Shown here: one piece after another, positions 1 through 12,115 of the stretch
Position numbering within the stretch: position 1 is the first letter of the stretch
Layout of the letters: every line of letters starts with the position of its first letter
Assembly (NCBI GenBank): GCA_902826345.1
Contig: CADEEN010000001.1
Location: 1-39,654 of the forward strand
Length of the DNA: 39,654 bases
Source of the DNA: an uncultured Burkholderiales bacterium
GTDB taxonomy: Bacteria; Pseudomonadota; Gammaproteobacteria; Burkholderiales; Burkholderiaceae_C
Reading direction: 5' to 3'
Notes under the pieces: model-generated
Database searches by the model: none
The model's input: only the letters and a program-made list of their open reading frames with translations
What the model was told of the DNA's origin: nothing
Made by a program: the position numbers and the translations under genes

Positions 1-458
1 CGCCGCTCATGAAGCCTTCCAGGATCCACACCGCCAGCGGCACGTTGAACAGCAGATGGGCCAAGGCCACGGCGATGTGCGTGTCCATCAGGCCGAGCGT
101 CGTGTAGAGCTGGAAGAACGGCAGCAGGAAGACCGCCGGCGGCGTCATGCGGTTGGTCAGCAGCCAGAAGAAGACATGCTTGTCGCCGAGAAAGCGGTAG
201 CGTGAGAACGCATACGCCGCCGGCAGCGCGACGACGAGCGAGATCACCGTGTTGATGGCGACGTAGATCAGCGAGTTGATGTAGCCCGAGTACCAGGAGA
301 CGTCGGTGAAGATGGTCCTGTAGTGGTCGAGCGTGAAGTCCTGTGGCCACAGGCTGAACGACGACAGGATCTCGACGTTCGTCTTGAACGACATGTTGAC
401 CATCCAGTACACCGGCAGGATGGCGAAGATCAGATACGCGACGAGGAACAGCGTGCGC

Positions 459-466
<8 letters not shown>
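1..466 (-). CDS. Carbohydrate/glycerol-type ABC transporter permease (second permease). Only the 5' part is present; the gene runs off the left edge.
   Basis: Absent from the ORF track because no stop lies inside the window. My reverse-complement translation from ATG (466-464) reads MRKRTLFLVAYLIFAILPVYWMVNMSFKTNVEILSS..., a MalG/UgpE-like N-terminus. The start overlaps the stop of the upstream permease by 8 nt (459-466). Confidence 0.8.
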
Positions 467-1336
<870 letters not shown>

Positions 1337-1340
<4 letters not shown>

Positions 1341-2368
1341 GCGACGAGCTCCTCGTCTTTGTAGAAGCAGGTGTGCGTGCCGACGAGGCCGAGCCAGACC
1401 TCGGCGCCGACCTTCGGGATCGCCTGATCGGCGCTGAGCCGCGCTCTGACGAGCACACCGTCGGCAACCGTCGCTGTCAGCAACCAGTACGTGCCGATGT
1501 CCTGCGCCTGCGTCACGGTGGCCGGCAACGCACCCGCGGCGTTGGCCGCGGCCAGCGTCACGTACTCCGGCCGCACGCCGAGTGTCGTCGCACCCGCCGG
1601 CGCACCCGGCAGCAGCGACACCGGCAGGAAGTTCATGCCCGGCGAGCCGATGAAGTGGCCGACGAAGGTGTGGCGCGGGCGCTCGAACAACTGCGAGGCC
1701 GTGCCGATCTGCACCGCGCGGCCGCGCGTCATCACCACCACCTGATCGGCGAAGGTCAGCGCCTCGACCTGGTCGTGCGTCACATACACCAGCGTCAGCT
1801 TCAGCTCGTTGTGGATCTGCTTCAACTTGCGCCGCAGTTGCCACTTCAGGTGCGGGTCGATCACCGTCAGCGGCTCGTCGAACAGCACCGCGCTCACGTC
1901 CTCGCGCACCAGGCCGCGGCCGAGCGAGATCTTCTGCTTGGCATCGGCCGCGAGGCCGGCGGCGCGCTTGTCGAGCTGCGCCGACAGCTCCAGCATCTCG
2001 GCGACCTTGCCGACGCGCTGCTTGATGCGATCGGCGGGCACGCCGCGGTTCTTCAGCGGGAAGGCGAGGTTCTCGGCCACCGTCATCGTGTCGTAGATCA
2101 CCGGGAACTGGAACACCTGCGCGATGTTGCGCTGCTGTGGTGTCTTGTCCTTGACTTCAGCGCCGTCGAACTTCACGCCGCCCTGCGATGGTTTGACCAA
2201 GCCCGAGACGATGTTGAGCAGCGTCGTCTTGCCGCAGCCCGAGGGGCCGAGCAACGCATAGGCGCCGCCATCGTCGAAGGTCATCTTCAAGGGCAGCAGC
2301 GCATAGTCTTCGTCGCGCTGCGGGTTCAGCTTGTAGGCGTGGGCCAGATCGAGGTCGATGCGGGCCAT
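1337..2368 (-). CDS. ABC transporter ATP-binding protein with consensus Walker A/B and H-loop but a degenerate signature motif
   Basis: Start at MARIDLDLAHAYKL. Motifs: Walker A GPSGCGKT, Walker B VLFDEP, H-loop VTHDQ. LAADA stands where LSGGQ is expected (GLAADAKQKISLGRGLV). Confidence 0.9.
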
Positions 2369-2369
2369 G

Positions 2370-3443
2370 TCAGATGCCCTCCTTCTTCGGCGCGATAAGC
2401 AGGTCGCCCTTGGCGTCGAAGACATGCACGGCAGACGGGTCGAGGTAGAGCGTGAGTGGTGCGCCGAGCGTGAACTCGTGGACGCCGGTGAGCTGTGCGA
2501 CAAGTTCGCCCAAAGCGGTGCCGACGTGGACGAAGGTGTCGGAGCCGGCGATTTCCGCCAGCTCGACGCGGCCCGGCAATGACACATCGCTCGGCCGCTG
2601 CGTGATGCGCAGCGCGCTGGCGCGGATGCCGATGGTGAGGTCCGCCCCGCTCATCCGCTCTCCCTGGGCGCGTCGAAGGGCTTCGACCAGCAGCGCCCCG
2701 ACCGGGTTGGTCTGCGCACCACCCTCGATCAGATTCATCGGCGGATCACTGAACGCCCGCGCGACGCGGATCGACTTCGGCCGGTGGAACACCTCGGCCG
2801 TCGGCCCGTACTGCAACAGCTCGCCGGCGTCCATGACAGCGGTGTAGCCGCCGAGAAGCAGCGCTTCGGTGGGTTCGGTGGTGGCGTAGACGACGGTCGA
2901 GGTGCCGGCCGCGAAGAGCTGCGACAACTCATCGCGCAACTCCTCGCGCAGCTTGTAGTCGAGGTTCACCAGTGGCTCGTCGAGCAGCATCAGCGGCGCG
3001 TTCTTCGCCAGAGCCCGCGCCAGCGCGACACGCTGCTGTTGGCCGCCGGACAGCTCGGCCGGCAGGCGCTTCAGGAAGGGCTCGATGTGCAGCTTGGCCG
3101 CGAGTTGATTGACGCGCGCGTCGATGCCTTCTTCACCGCGCAGCTTCAACGGTGAAGCAATGTTGTCGGCCACCGTCATCGACGGGTAGTTGATGAACTG
3201 CTGATAGACCATCGCCACGTTGCGCTCGCGCACCGGCAAGCCCGTCACGTCCACACCGTCGGCTTTGATGCGGCCCTTGCCCGGCACGTCCAGGCCCGCC
3301 ATCAGGCGCATCAGAGTGGTCTTGCCGGCCTGCGTGGCGCCGAGCAGAACGGTCACCGCTCGCGGCGCCAGCGTGAGGTCGAGCGGGTACAGATGCACCT
3401 GCGCACCGACGCTCTTCTCGATGCGTTCGAGCCTCAGTTCCAT
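2370..3443 (-). CDS. ABC transporter ATP-binding protein with a consensus LSGGQ signature but a variant H-loop
   Basis: Start at MELRLERIEKSVG. Motifs: P-loop GATQAGKT, signature LSGGQQQR, Walker B LMLLDEP. YATTEP stands where VTHD is expected. The start overlaps the glpD stop (3434-3443). Confidence 0.9.
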   Translation of the reverse strand: MELRLERIEKSVGAQVHLYPLDLTLAPRAVTVLLGATQAGKTTLMRLMAGLDVPGKGRIKADGVDVTGLPVRERNVAMVYQQFINYPSMTVADNIASPLKLRGEEGIDARVNQLAAKLHIEPFLKRLPAELSGGQQQRVALARALAKNAPLMLLDEPLVNLDYKLREELRDELSQLFAAGTSTVVYATTEPTEALLLGGYTAVMDAGELLQYGPTAEVFHRPKSIRVARAFSDPPMNLIEGGAQTNPVGALLVEALRRAQGERMSGADLTIGIRASALRITQRPSDVSLPGRVELAEIAGSDTFVHVGTALGELVAQLTGVHEFTLGAPLTLYLDPSAVHVFDAKGDLLIAPKKEGI

Positions 3444-5029
3444 GATGGCTCTGCTGGCGCGGTGGCCGCACGTGGCGATGTTGCGGCCACGTCGCCCCAA
3501 TGCGCGCCGCACCAAGCCTCGACCGACATGCGTTGCTCGCGCGTCAGGTGCAGGCCGAGTTTGGTTCGACGCCACAACACGTCGCCAGCGCTCCTCGCCC
3601 ATTCGTGGCGATGCAGATGGTGCAGCTCGCTCTCGAACAGCCCGGGCGCAACTTCGGCGCCCGGGCCCTGCGACAGCAGCGCGTCGGCGCGCGAGCCGTA
3701 GCTTCGCGCGAGGCGCCGACACAGCGCCGGCGGCCGCTCGGGGTGACGCGAGCGCAGCGCATGGACAAAACGTTCGAAGTCGGCGACCAGATCGCGCGAC
3801 GCCTTCGATGCAAAGTCGCCGCCGGGCAGATGGCACCCCGCTGTCCACGCGCCGCGCGTGAGGCCGAGCGGTGCGGCCAGCGCGTCGGCCGCCTCTTCGG
3901 CGAGCTTGCGAAAAGTAGTGATCTTGCCGCCCCAGACCGACAGCAGCGACGCTTGCGAGGTGTCGAGTTCGAGCGAGTAATCGCGCGTCACGGCGGACGG
4001 ATCGCCGGACTCGTCGTCGAGCAAAGGCCTCACGCCCGAGTAGCTCCAGACCACGTCGGCCGGCACGACGGAGCGCTCGAAGTAGCGGCTGGCTTGCTCG
4101 CAAAGGTAGCTCGTTTCCGCCGCATCGATGCGCGCCGCGCCGATGGCCCCAGTGTGCTCGACGTCGGTGGTGCCGATCAGCGTGAACTCGCCTTCGTAGG
4201 GAATCGCAAAGATGATGCGCTTGTCCGGGTTCTGAAAAATATACGCGTGGTCGTGCTCGAAGAGTTTCTTGACGACGATGTGGCTGCCTTTGACGAGGCG
4301 CAGCGACTTGCGTTGCGCCGCATGCGCATGGTCGGCGAGGAACTGCGCCGCCCACGGCCCGGCGGCATTGACGAGCGAGCGCGCCGTCACGGCGTGGGTT
4401 TCACCAGCGCTGCTCTGCAGTTGCACCTGCCACGCCGACGCGCCGCGCCGCGCGTCGGTGCAGCGCCAGCGCGTCAGCACCGTCGCGCCATGCTCGGCAG
4501 CGTCCAGCGCGTTCAGCACGACGAGCCGCGCGTCGTCGACCCAGCCATCGGAATACACGAAGCCCTTGGTGAAGCCACGCTTGAGCGGTGCGCCCGCGGC
4601 GTGTTTGCGCAGATCGACGGTGCGCGATCCCGGCAGCACCTCGCGGCGCGCCAGATGGTCGTACAGAAACAGTCCGGCGCGGATCATCCACACCGGCCGC
4701 ATGCCGGGATCGTGCGGCATGACGAAGCGCAGCGGCCACATGATGTGCGGCGCGCTCTTGAGCAGCACCTCGCGCTCGGCCAACGCTTTGCGCACGAGCG
4801 AAAACTCGTAATGCTCGAGGTAGCGCAGCCCACCGTGAATCAACTTGGTGGAGCACGACGACGTGTGCGAGGCGAGGTCGTCCTGCTCGCACAGCAGCAC
4901 GGAAGCGCCGCGCCCGGCCAGATCGCGCGCGATGCCGGCGCCGTTGATGCCGCCGCCGACGACGAGCACGTCGCAACTCGCCGGCAGGGTGTTGCCGGGG
5001 CGGGGTGGGTGCGGGAGCGCAGCGTTCAA
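3434..5029 (-). CDS. glpD: FAD-dependent aerobic glycerol-3-phosphate dehydrogenase
   Basis: 531 aa. N-terminal dinucleotide fold DVLVVGGGINGAGIARDLAGRG, then STKLIHGGLRYLEHYEF, typical of GlpD. Sits in a glp gene context. Confidence 0.93.
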   Translation of the reverse strand: MNAALPHPPRPGNTLPASCDVLVVGGGINGAGIARDLAGRGASVLLCEQDDLASHTSSCSTKLIHGGLRYLEHYEFSLVRKALAEREVLLKSAPHIMWPLRFVMPHDPGMRPVWMIRAGLFLYDHLARREVLPGSRTVDLRKHAAGAPLKRGFTKGFVYSDGWVDDARLVVLNALDAAEHGATVLTRWRCTDARRGASAWQVQLQSSAGETHAVTARSLVNAAGPWAAQFLADHAHAAQRKSLRLVKGSHIVVKKLFEHDHAYIFQNPDKRIIFAIPYEGEFTLIGTTDVEHTGAIGAARIDAAETSYLCEQASRYFERSVVPADVVWSYSGVRPLLDDESGDPSAVTRDYSLELDTSQASLLSVWGGKITTFRKLAEEAADALAAPLGLTRGAWTAGCHLPGGDFASKASRDLVADFERFVHALRSRHPERPPALCRRLARSYGSRADALLSQGPGAEVAPGLFESELHHLHRHEWARSAGDVLWRRTKLGLHLTREQRMSVEAWCGAHWGDVAATSPRAATAPAEPSWN

Positions 5030-5040
5030 GGGATCGAGAG

Positions 5041-5130
5041 GATCGTTCGTTATTGTTCGTTTGTAGCCGTTTCGTTTTCTCTTTACACCCAGGATTTCCC
5101 GAATGAGCTTTCGAATTGCTTCGTTTAGCC
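5041..5130. promoter_or_regulatory. glpD/glpR divergent control region with five TTCG(T/A)(T/A) repeats; candidate DeoR/GlpR operator half-sites
   Basis: TTCGTT at 5046-5051, 5056-5061, 5071-5076 and 5120-5125, and TTCGAA at 5110-5115. The stretch is unusually AT-rich. ATTGTTCGTTT resembles the TGTTCG-type core of E. coli GlpR operators. Confidence 0.5.
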
Positions 5131-5139
5131 TCGGCGCCC

Positions 5140-5904
5140 ATGAGCCCCAACCCGCGTCAGGCCGAGCTGGTCGAAGAAGTGCTGCGCGTCGGCGCGATGT
5201 CGGTCGAAGCGCTGGCCGAGCGCTTCAACGTCACGCTGCAGACCGTGCGCCGCGACGTCAAGTTGCTCTCCGACGCCGGCCTGCTGGCGCGGTTTCACGG
5301 CGGCGTGCGCGTGCCGAGCTCGACCACCGAGAACCTCGCCTACCGGCAGCGCCAGCGACTTAACGAAAGCGCCAAGCAGCGCATCGCACGCGCGGTGGCC
5401 AAGGCGGTGCCCGACAACTGTTCGCTGATCATCAACATCGGCACGACGACCGAAGCGATTGCGCGCGCGCTGATGCAGCACAAGGGCCTGCGCGTCATCA
5501 CCAACAACCTGAACGTGGCGGCGATCCTGTCGGACAACCCGGACTGCGAGGTCATCGTCGCCGGCGGCGTGGTGCGCGCGCGCGACCGCGGCATCGTCGG
5601 CGAGGTCACGCTCGACTTCATCCAGCAGTTCAAGGTCGACATCGGCCTGATCGGCATCTCGGCGATCGAGGCCGACGGCACGCTGCGCGACTTCGATTAC
5701 CGCGAGGTCAAGGTGGCGCAGGCGATCACGCGGCACTCGCGCCAGGTCTGGCTGGCCGCCGACCACAGCAAGTTCAACCGGCCGGCGATGGTCGAACTGG
5801 GTCGCCTGGCGCAAGTCGATACGCTCTACACCGACGCCGTGCCGCCGGCGCCGTTTCCGGCGTTGCTGGCGGAAGCCGGTGTGCAATGCGTGATCGCCGA
5901 TTGA
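5140..5904 (+). CDS. glpR: DeoR-family glycerol-3-phosphate regulon repressor
   Basis: DeoR HTH (VEALAERFNVTLQTVRRDVKLLSDAGLLARFHGG) plus a sugar-phosphate-binding C-terminal domain. I prefer ATG 5140 (MSPNPRQ) over track start 5116, which lies within the operator-like repeats. Product is about 254 aa, similar to E. coli GlpR. Confidence 0.85.
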   Translation: MSPNPRQAELVEEVLRVGAMSVEALAERFNVTLQTVRRDVKLLSDAGLLARFHGGVRVPSSTTENLAYRQRQRLNESAKQRIARAVAKAVPDNCSLIINIGTTTEAIARALMQHKGLRVITNNLNVAAILSDNPDCEVIVAGGVVRARDRGIVGEVTLDFIQQFKVDIGLIGISAIEADGTLRDFDYREVKVAQAITRHSRQVWLAADHSKFNRPAMVELGRLAQVDTLYTDAVPPAPFPALLAEAGVQCVIAD

Positions 5905-5913
5905 AGGACCGCC

Positions 5914-7391
<1,478 letters not shown>

Positions 7392-7395
<4 letters not shown>

Positions 7396-7658
7396 GCGAC
7401 GACGACATCGCGCAGGAGATCGTGCGCCAGTTGTCGCGCCGCGCGGCGGAATCTTCGATCTGCCCGTCCGAAGTGGCGCGGGCGTTGCAAAGCGATGAGG
7501 CCGCGTGGCGCGCGCTGATGTCGCAGGTGCGCGACGTGTCCGCCGCAATGCGAGCCGGCGGCCGCTTGCGCATCATGCGCGGTGGTTTGGATGTGCCGGA
7601 CGACATGCTGCATCGCGGCGCCATTCGCTTGGCGCGCGGAGCCGACTTCGAAACATGA
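7392..7658 (+). CDS. DUF3253-like small protein, about 88 aa
   Basis: Same frame as track ORF 7293..7658. A GTG at 7392-7394 overlaps the glpK TGA (7393-7395), forming GTGA. The sequence [32 protein letters not shown]...RIMRGG resembles DUF3253 proteins. The start codon choice is inferred. Confidence 0.6.
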
Positions 7659-7708
7659 ACGAAGTCTGCTCTGCGTCGGCAGTGATGTCAGTGCCGGTGT
7701 TGGCCGCC

Positions 7709-8845
7709 TCACCACTGCGATGAGCGCATCTGCAGAGTCCAGACACCCCGGTCCACCTTGTACACGGCAATCGATGCGTAGCGCTGCTCGCCTGCAGCGT
7801 CGAAGCGCATCTGCTCGTTGACACGGGCGCTCGGCTCCTTGGTCTTCAAGCGCTGGATCAGCTCGGCGGCCTTCAATGTCTCGGCCGACCGGGCTGCGCC
7901 CGTCAAGGCATAGACGGCGTCGTATGCATAGTGCGCCCCCCAGACCGGGGCGCCGCCGAATTTGGCACGGAAGGCTTCGACAAAGCGCCCGCCATTGACG
8001 AACTCCTGCGGGTCGATGGCCGTGGCCGTCGCGTACAGGTTCTTTACCGGCACAGGCGCCGCGGCCACGTTCTGATTGCGTGTCCCGTTGAGGCCGATCA
8101 CGCTCACATCGGTGTGGCCGACCTCCTTCAGCGACGCAAACAAACTCTTGAGATGGGTGTCGCGTGAGAACAGGGCGATCGCATCCGCATTCACGGCCTT
8201 GATCCGTGCGGCCACCTCTTTCGACACCTCCGCCTTCGGCTCCACTGCGAAGGTGGCGGAGAGCCGTCCACCGCGCTTCTGGAGCTCTGCAGTGAAGTCT
8301 TTCAAACGTCCGTTGCCGAAGGCCGTGTCCTCGTGCACGACCACCACACGCTCGGCGCGCAGCGTTTCCTGCACGAAGGAGGCCACCGCCCGCATCTGCA
8401 AGTCGTCGTTGGCCAGCAGGCGCAACGTGTTGCCCTGGCCGCGAGACAGCAGGTCGGGCGCTGCAGCCGTGATGAAGTGCGGCAATCCCGCCTGCGCGAC
8501 GACGGGAATGGCCTGCTGGGCCTGCGAGGTGTACAGCGGACCGATGACGGCGCTGACACCGCTTTGCACGAGTTCGAGCGCGCCGTCCTTCGCGCCCGTG
8601 TCGTCGCCTTTGTCGTCGACGCTGACGATGTCGACCCGAACGGGCCTGCCGTCGATCTTGAGTCCGGCGGCGTTGATCTCATCGGCGGCCAACGTCGCGC
8701 CGCGCAGCAGGTCCTTGCCGCGCACTTCGAAGTTGCCGGACTGCGGTGCCAACACGCCGATCTTCATGACCGGCGGGATCGGCGCCTCGCAAGCGCACAG
8801 GCCGAGCGCGAGCACCCACGCCGCCGACGTGTTCGCGCAGCGCAT
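7709..8845 (-). CDS. Periplasmic substrate-binding protein, LivJ/Peripla_BP_6-like, predicted lipoprotein
   Basis: 378 aa. Signal with lipobox-like LGLCAC. KIGVLAPQSGNFEVRGKDLLRGATLAADEINAAGL is typical of branched-chain amino acid/amide-type SBPs. No cognate permease or ATPase lies in the window. Confidence 0.8.
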   Translation of the reverse strand: MRCANTSAAWVLALGLCACEAPIPPVMKIGVLAPQSGNFEVRGKDLLRGATLAADEINAAGLKIDGRPVRVDIVSVDDKGDDTGAKDGALELVQSGVSAVIGPLYTSQAQQAIPVVAQAGLPHFITAAAPDLLSRGQGNTLRLLANDDLQMRAVASFVQETLRAERVVVVHEDTAFGNGRLKDFTAELQKRGGRLSATFAVEPKAEVSKEVAARIKAVNADAIALFSRDTHLKSLFASLKEVGHTDVSVIGLNGTRNQNVAAAPVPVKNLYATATAIDPQEFVNGGRFVEAFRAKFGGAPVWGAHYAYDAVYALTGAARSAETLKAAELIQRLKTKEPSARVNEQMRFDAAGEQRYASIAVYKVDRGVWTLQMRSSQW

Positions 8846-9930
8846 CAGAAGGCGTGGCGCAGGCCGACCTCGAACGCCCTGGAGCGGCCGCCGGCGGCCA
8901 TGCCCGCGGTGCCCCCGGGCGGCGCCAGCGTCAATGCGCCGTCGTTGCCGATGCTGGCCACGGTGGTGTACAGCGCGCTGCGTCGCGACAGGTTGTACAC
9001 GTAGCCCAAACCGATCTGCGTGGCGCCGTTGTCCGAGAGATCGTTCGCGCCGACGTTGCCGTCGAGGGACACCTTGTGCCAGGACAGGCGCAGCTCGCCG
9101 CGGCCGATCGGCGCGGTGGCGCCGAGCAAGAGGTTGGTCTGCTCGGCCTGGCTGTACTCGAAGCGACGCCAGGCGGCGCTGAGGCGCACGAAGCCGAGGC
9201 TGTAGGCGCCGCCGATCACCGCATCCTTGAACCTGCCATCGACGGTGAGGTCGTTCTCGCTGGTGGTGTAGGCCGCAGACACGCGCGCTGGCCCGCCGGC
9301 CCAGCCCAGGCGCACGCCGATCAGGCGATTCTTGCCTTGGGCCGCCGTGCCGCTGCCCTGCGGCGCGAGCATCACGCCGCCTTCGACGCCGCCGAGCCCA
9401 CCCGGCAGCAGCAGTTGCACGGCATCGTTGGCGCGCACGGCGGTGTTGGGGTTGGTCGAAAACGCCGAGCGGATCGGCCCCGCGGGAGCGGACGAGATCA
9501 GGTTGGTCGAGCCGGCCACACCGACGTAGCTGAACGGGTCGTACACGCTCCAGCTGGTGTAGGAGGGAATGAAGTCTCTGCCGGCGCGAATCTCGCCGAG
9601 CGATCTGGACATCAGGCTGACCGTGGCGCGGCGGTCCCAGAACTGACCGACGACCGACGACGCCTGGCTGCCGGTGTTCAGCACGATGCCGTGCTCAAGA
9701 TGAAAGCCTGCGCTCAGCCCGCCGCCGAGATCCTCGACGCCGCGAAAGAAGAGCCGGCTCGTCTGGTTGGCGCCGCTGACCATGGACTTGTTGGCGTCGC
9801 GCCCTTCGTTCTTGACATAGCGAAGGCCCAGGTCGGCCACGCCGCCGAGCGTGACGGACGACTGGGACAGCGCGGTGGGCGGCGCCAGCGCAGCAACGGC
9901 GAGTGCGAGCAAGGACCAGGAACGCTTCAT
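8845..9930 (-). CDS. Outer-membrane general porin (Gram-negative porin family, Omp32/OpcP-like)
   Basis: Start at MKRSWSLLALAVAALAPPTALSQSSVTLGGVADLGLRY. The protein has an alternating beta-strand pattern and a C-terminal aromatic residue (...GLRHAF). The longer track ORF up to 10689 is an Arg-rich artefact. Confidence 0.85.
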   Translation of the reverse strand: MKRSWSLLALAVAALAPPTALSQSSVTLGGVADLGLRYVKNEGRDANKSMVSGANQTSRLFFRGVEDLGGGLSAGFHLEHGIVLNTGSQASSVVGQFWDRRATVSLMSRSLGEIRAGRDFIPSYTSWSVYDPFSYVGVAGSTNLISSAPAGPIRSAFSTNPNTAVRANDAVQLLLPGGLGGVEGGVMLAPQGSGTAAQGKNRLIGVRLGWAGGPARVSAAYTTSENDLTVDGRFKDAVIGGAYSLGFVRLSAAWRRFEYSQAEQTNLLLGATAPIGRGELRLSWHKVSLDGNVGANDLSDNGATQIGLGYVYNLSRRSALYTTVASIGNDGALTLAPPGGTAGMAAGGRSRAFEVGLRHAF

Positions 9931-11069
9931 GATTTGTCTCCTCCAGAGTGGTTTGAAAACGGGTCGTCCGCGGCCGGCTCGCGGAGCGCCTGCGGCAGCG
10001 CGCTCGGCAGCGCGCCCGGCACGCCCCGCCAGCCGTCGATGGCAAAGGGCAACGCCGCCACCTGCAGCGCCGAGGCCTGCGCCGCGGTGAACATGCCGCT
10101 CGCGTTGTCTTGTGCCAGTGCCTGCGGCAGCGTGCGCACGGCGGCGCAGGCCACGCCGGCCGCGCAAAGCGTCGCCTCGACGGCGGCGGCAGGCTTGTCG
10201 GCGAGCCAGCGCGAGAGCGCGCGCCCGAGGACGTCGTCGCTGTCGTCTTCGTGGCAGCCGATCTCGCGAGCCAGGGCCCGGCGCTGATGGTTCTCGTTGA
10301 CCGCGAGCGCGAGCGCGCCATCGGCGGTGGGCCACACGCGCGACAGCGGCGCGCCACTGGCCGCCACGTTGCCGCGCGGCGCGCCACTGGCGTGGCCGTT
10401 GTGGACCCCGCTGGCCGCGCTGTGCATGAGACTCCAGGCGCCGTCGAGCAGACAGGCCTCGACGAGCGCACCCTGCCCCGTGCGCTCGCGCTGCAGCAGC
10501 GCCGCGAGCACGGCCAGGGCGGCGTTGCTGCCGGTGGCGTAGTCCACCACCGGCACGCCGGTCTTCACCGGGCCGGTGCCTTCGTCGCCGCTCGACGCCA
10601 TCAGGCCGCTGGCCGCCTGGATCACGTGGTCGTACGCCGGCCAGTCCGCGCGCGTTCCGCTGCGGCCGTAGCCCGAGAGCGAGCACCACACCAGCCGCGG
10701 GTGACGTTCGCGGTAGTCGAGCGGCGCAAGACGCAACCGGGCCAGCGAGCTCGGGCGGAAGTTCTCCACCACCACGTCGGCGCTGGCCACCAGCTCGTCG
10801 AAGCGCGCGCGACCGACGGCGCTGGCCAGATCGACGAACTCGACCTGCTTGCCCGCGGCTTGCGCCACGTAGTCGGTGGACAGGCCCTGCCGGCCCAGCT
10901 CCGCGTTATCGCGTTCGCGCCAGCGGATCGAATCGCCCAACGGCGGCCGCTCGATGCGCTGCACCGTCGCCCCGAGCAAGCCCAACAGGTAGGCCGCATA
11001 AGGCCCCGCCAGGACACGGCTGGCATCGATCACGCGCACGCCCGCGAGCGGCGGCAGGCGGCTACTCAA
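9927..11069 (-). CDS. Family III CoA-transferase (CaiB/BaiF/Frc-like)
   Basis: 380 aa. LAGVRVIDASRVLAGPYAAYLLGLLGATV...ADVVVENFRP...WCSLSGYG are hallmark CoA_transf_3 motifs. Confidence 0.85.
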   Translation of the reverse strand: MSSRLPPLAGVRVIDASRVLAGPYAAYLLGLLGATVQRIERPPLGDSIRWRERDNAELGRQGLSTDYVAQAAGKQVEFVDLASAVGRARFDELVASADVVVENFRPSSLARLRLAPLDYRERHPRLVWCSLSGYGRSGTRADWPAYDHVIQAASGLMASSGDEGTGPVKTGVPVVDYATGSNAALAVLAALLQRERTGQGALVEACLLDGAWSLMHSAASGVHNGHASGAPRGNVAASGAPLSRVWPTADGALALAVNENHQRRALAREIGCHEDDSDDVLGRALSRWLADKPAAAVEATLCAAGVACAAVRTLPQALAQDNASGMFTAAQASALQVAALPFAIDGWRGVPGALPSALPQALREPAADDPFSNHSGGDKS

Positions 11070-12039
11070 CCTTCGCTCCCGTGTCCTTGACCAGCTTCGC
11101 GTAGCGCTCGATCTCGCTCTTCAGAAAGGCCGCGGTGGCCTCGGGCGCCAGCCCCACCGGCGTGGCGCCGTCGGCATAGACCCGTGCGCGCACGTCGGGC
11201 TCCTTGAGCACGTCGGCAACCGCAGCACCCAACCGTGCCGCCGCCGCCTCGCCGAGCAAGCGGGGCGCGAACAGCGCCTGCCAGTTGTCCACTTCGAGAC
11301 GGGTGTAGGTCTGGCTCAGGCTCGGCACAGTGGCCAGATCGGGCAGTGGTCTGCGCCCGGCGATGCCCAGCGCCTTCAGCTGCCCGCTGCGCAAGTGCGG
11401 CATGGCGGCCACGGCCGCCATCAACGAGTAGTCCAGCTGGCCGGCGGCCAACGCCGTCACCAGCGGCCCCGCGCCGCGAAACGGCACGTGCACCGCCGGA
11501 AATCCGGCCAGCTGCGCCAACAGGGCGCCACCCAGGTGGCTGGTGGTTCCGGCACCTGGGCTGCCGAAGTCGAGCCCACCGGCCTTGGCGGCCGCTGACT
11601 TCGCCAACTCGCCCACCGAGGCGATGCTCGATCGGCCACCGACGACCAGCACCAGCGGCGACGAGCTGACCAGCGCCACCGGCAGGAAGTCGCGCGTGAT
11701 GTCGTAGCGCAGCGCCGGGTAGAGCGAGCGGTTCACCGCCACCGAGGCGGTGGTGAACAACAGCATGTGCGCCGACTTGTCCAGCGCCACCGCTTCGGCA
11801 CCGATGTTGCCGCCCGCGCCGGGCTTGTTCTCGACGATGAAGGTCTGGCCCAGCTTCCTGCCCAGGCGCTCGGCCAGCGCTCGCGCCAGATTGTCGGTGC
11901 CGCCCCCTGCGGCGAAGGGCACGGTCAGGATGACGGTGCGGCTGGGCCACGTGCCTTGCGCCCCCGCGGCGCCGGCCACCCAGGAGCCCGCTGCAAGCGT
12001 GCCGTGCGAAACAAGCCAGCGGCGGCGGCTCCACGTCAT
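11062..12039 (-). CDS. Bug-family (TctC-like) tripartite tricarboxylate transporter substrate-binding protein
   Basis: Start at MTWSRRRWLVSHGTLAAG (Tat-like RRR signal; an alternative ATG is at 12051). TVPFAAGGGTDNLARALAERLGRKLGQTFIVENKPGAGGNIG is the Bug signature region. No tctA/tctB is nearby. Confidence 0.85.
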   Translation of the reverse strand: MTWSRRRWLVSHGTLAAGSWVAGAAGAQGTWPSRTVILTVPFAAGGGTDNLARALAERLGRKLGQTFIVENKPGAGGNIGAEAVALDKSAHMLLFTTASVAVNRSLYPALRYDITRDFLPVALVSSSPLVLVVGGRSSIASVGELAKSAAAKAGGLDFGSPGAGTTSHLGGALLAQLAGFPAVHVPFRGAGPLVTALAAGQLDYSLMAAVAAMPHLRSGQLKALGIAGRRPLPDLATVPSLSQTYTRLEVDNWQALFAPRLLGEAAAARLGAAVADVLKEPDVRARVYADGATPVGLAPEATAAFLKSEIERYAKLVKDTGAKVE

Positions 12040-12115
12040 CGTCGTCTCCATGTCTCGTTGTATTGCGCCGGATGTTGAACGATGATGCGTTGCTTTCACA
12101 ACTACGCTGTCTGCC

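Noticed and set aside
7659-7708. Imperfect inverted repeat CGGCAGTGA..TCAGTGCCG between the convergent DUF3253 and SBP genes, as a possible terminator
   Set aside because: The stem has a central mismatch, the loop is too small unless inner pairs open, and there is no U-tract. Support is too weak to list as a feature.
9931-10689. Upstream extension of the porin ORF (track 8845..10689), plus similar extensions of the lipase, DUF4394, cupredoxin, iolE, iolD, cupin and AraC ORFs
   Set aside because: The extensions overlap well-supported neighbouring genes in other frames and have shadow-ORF composition. Internal starts give proper signal peptides or family-typical N-termini and start-stop coupling.
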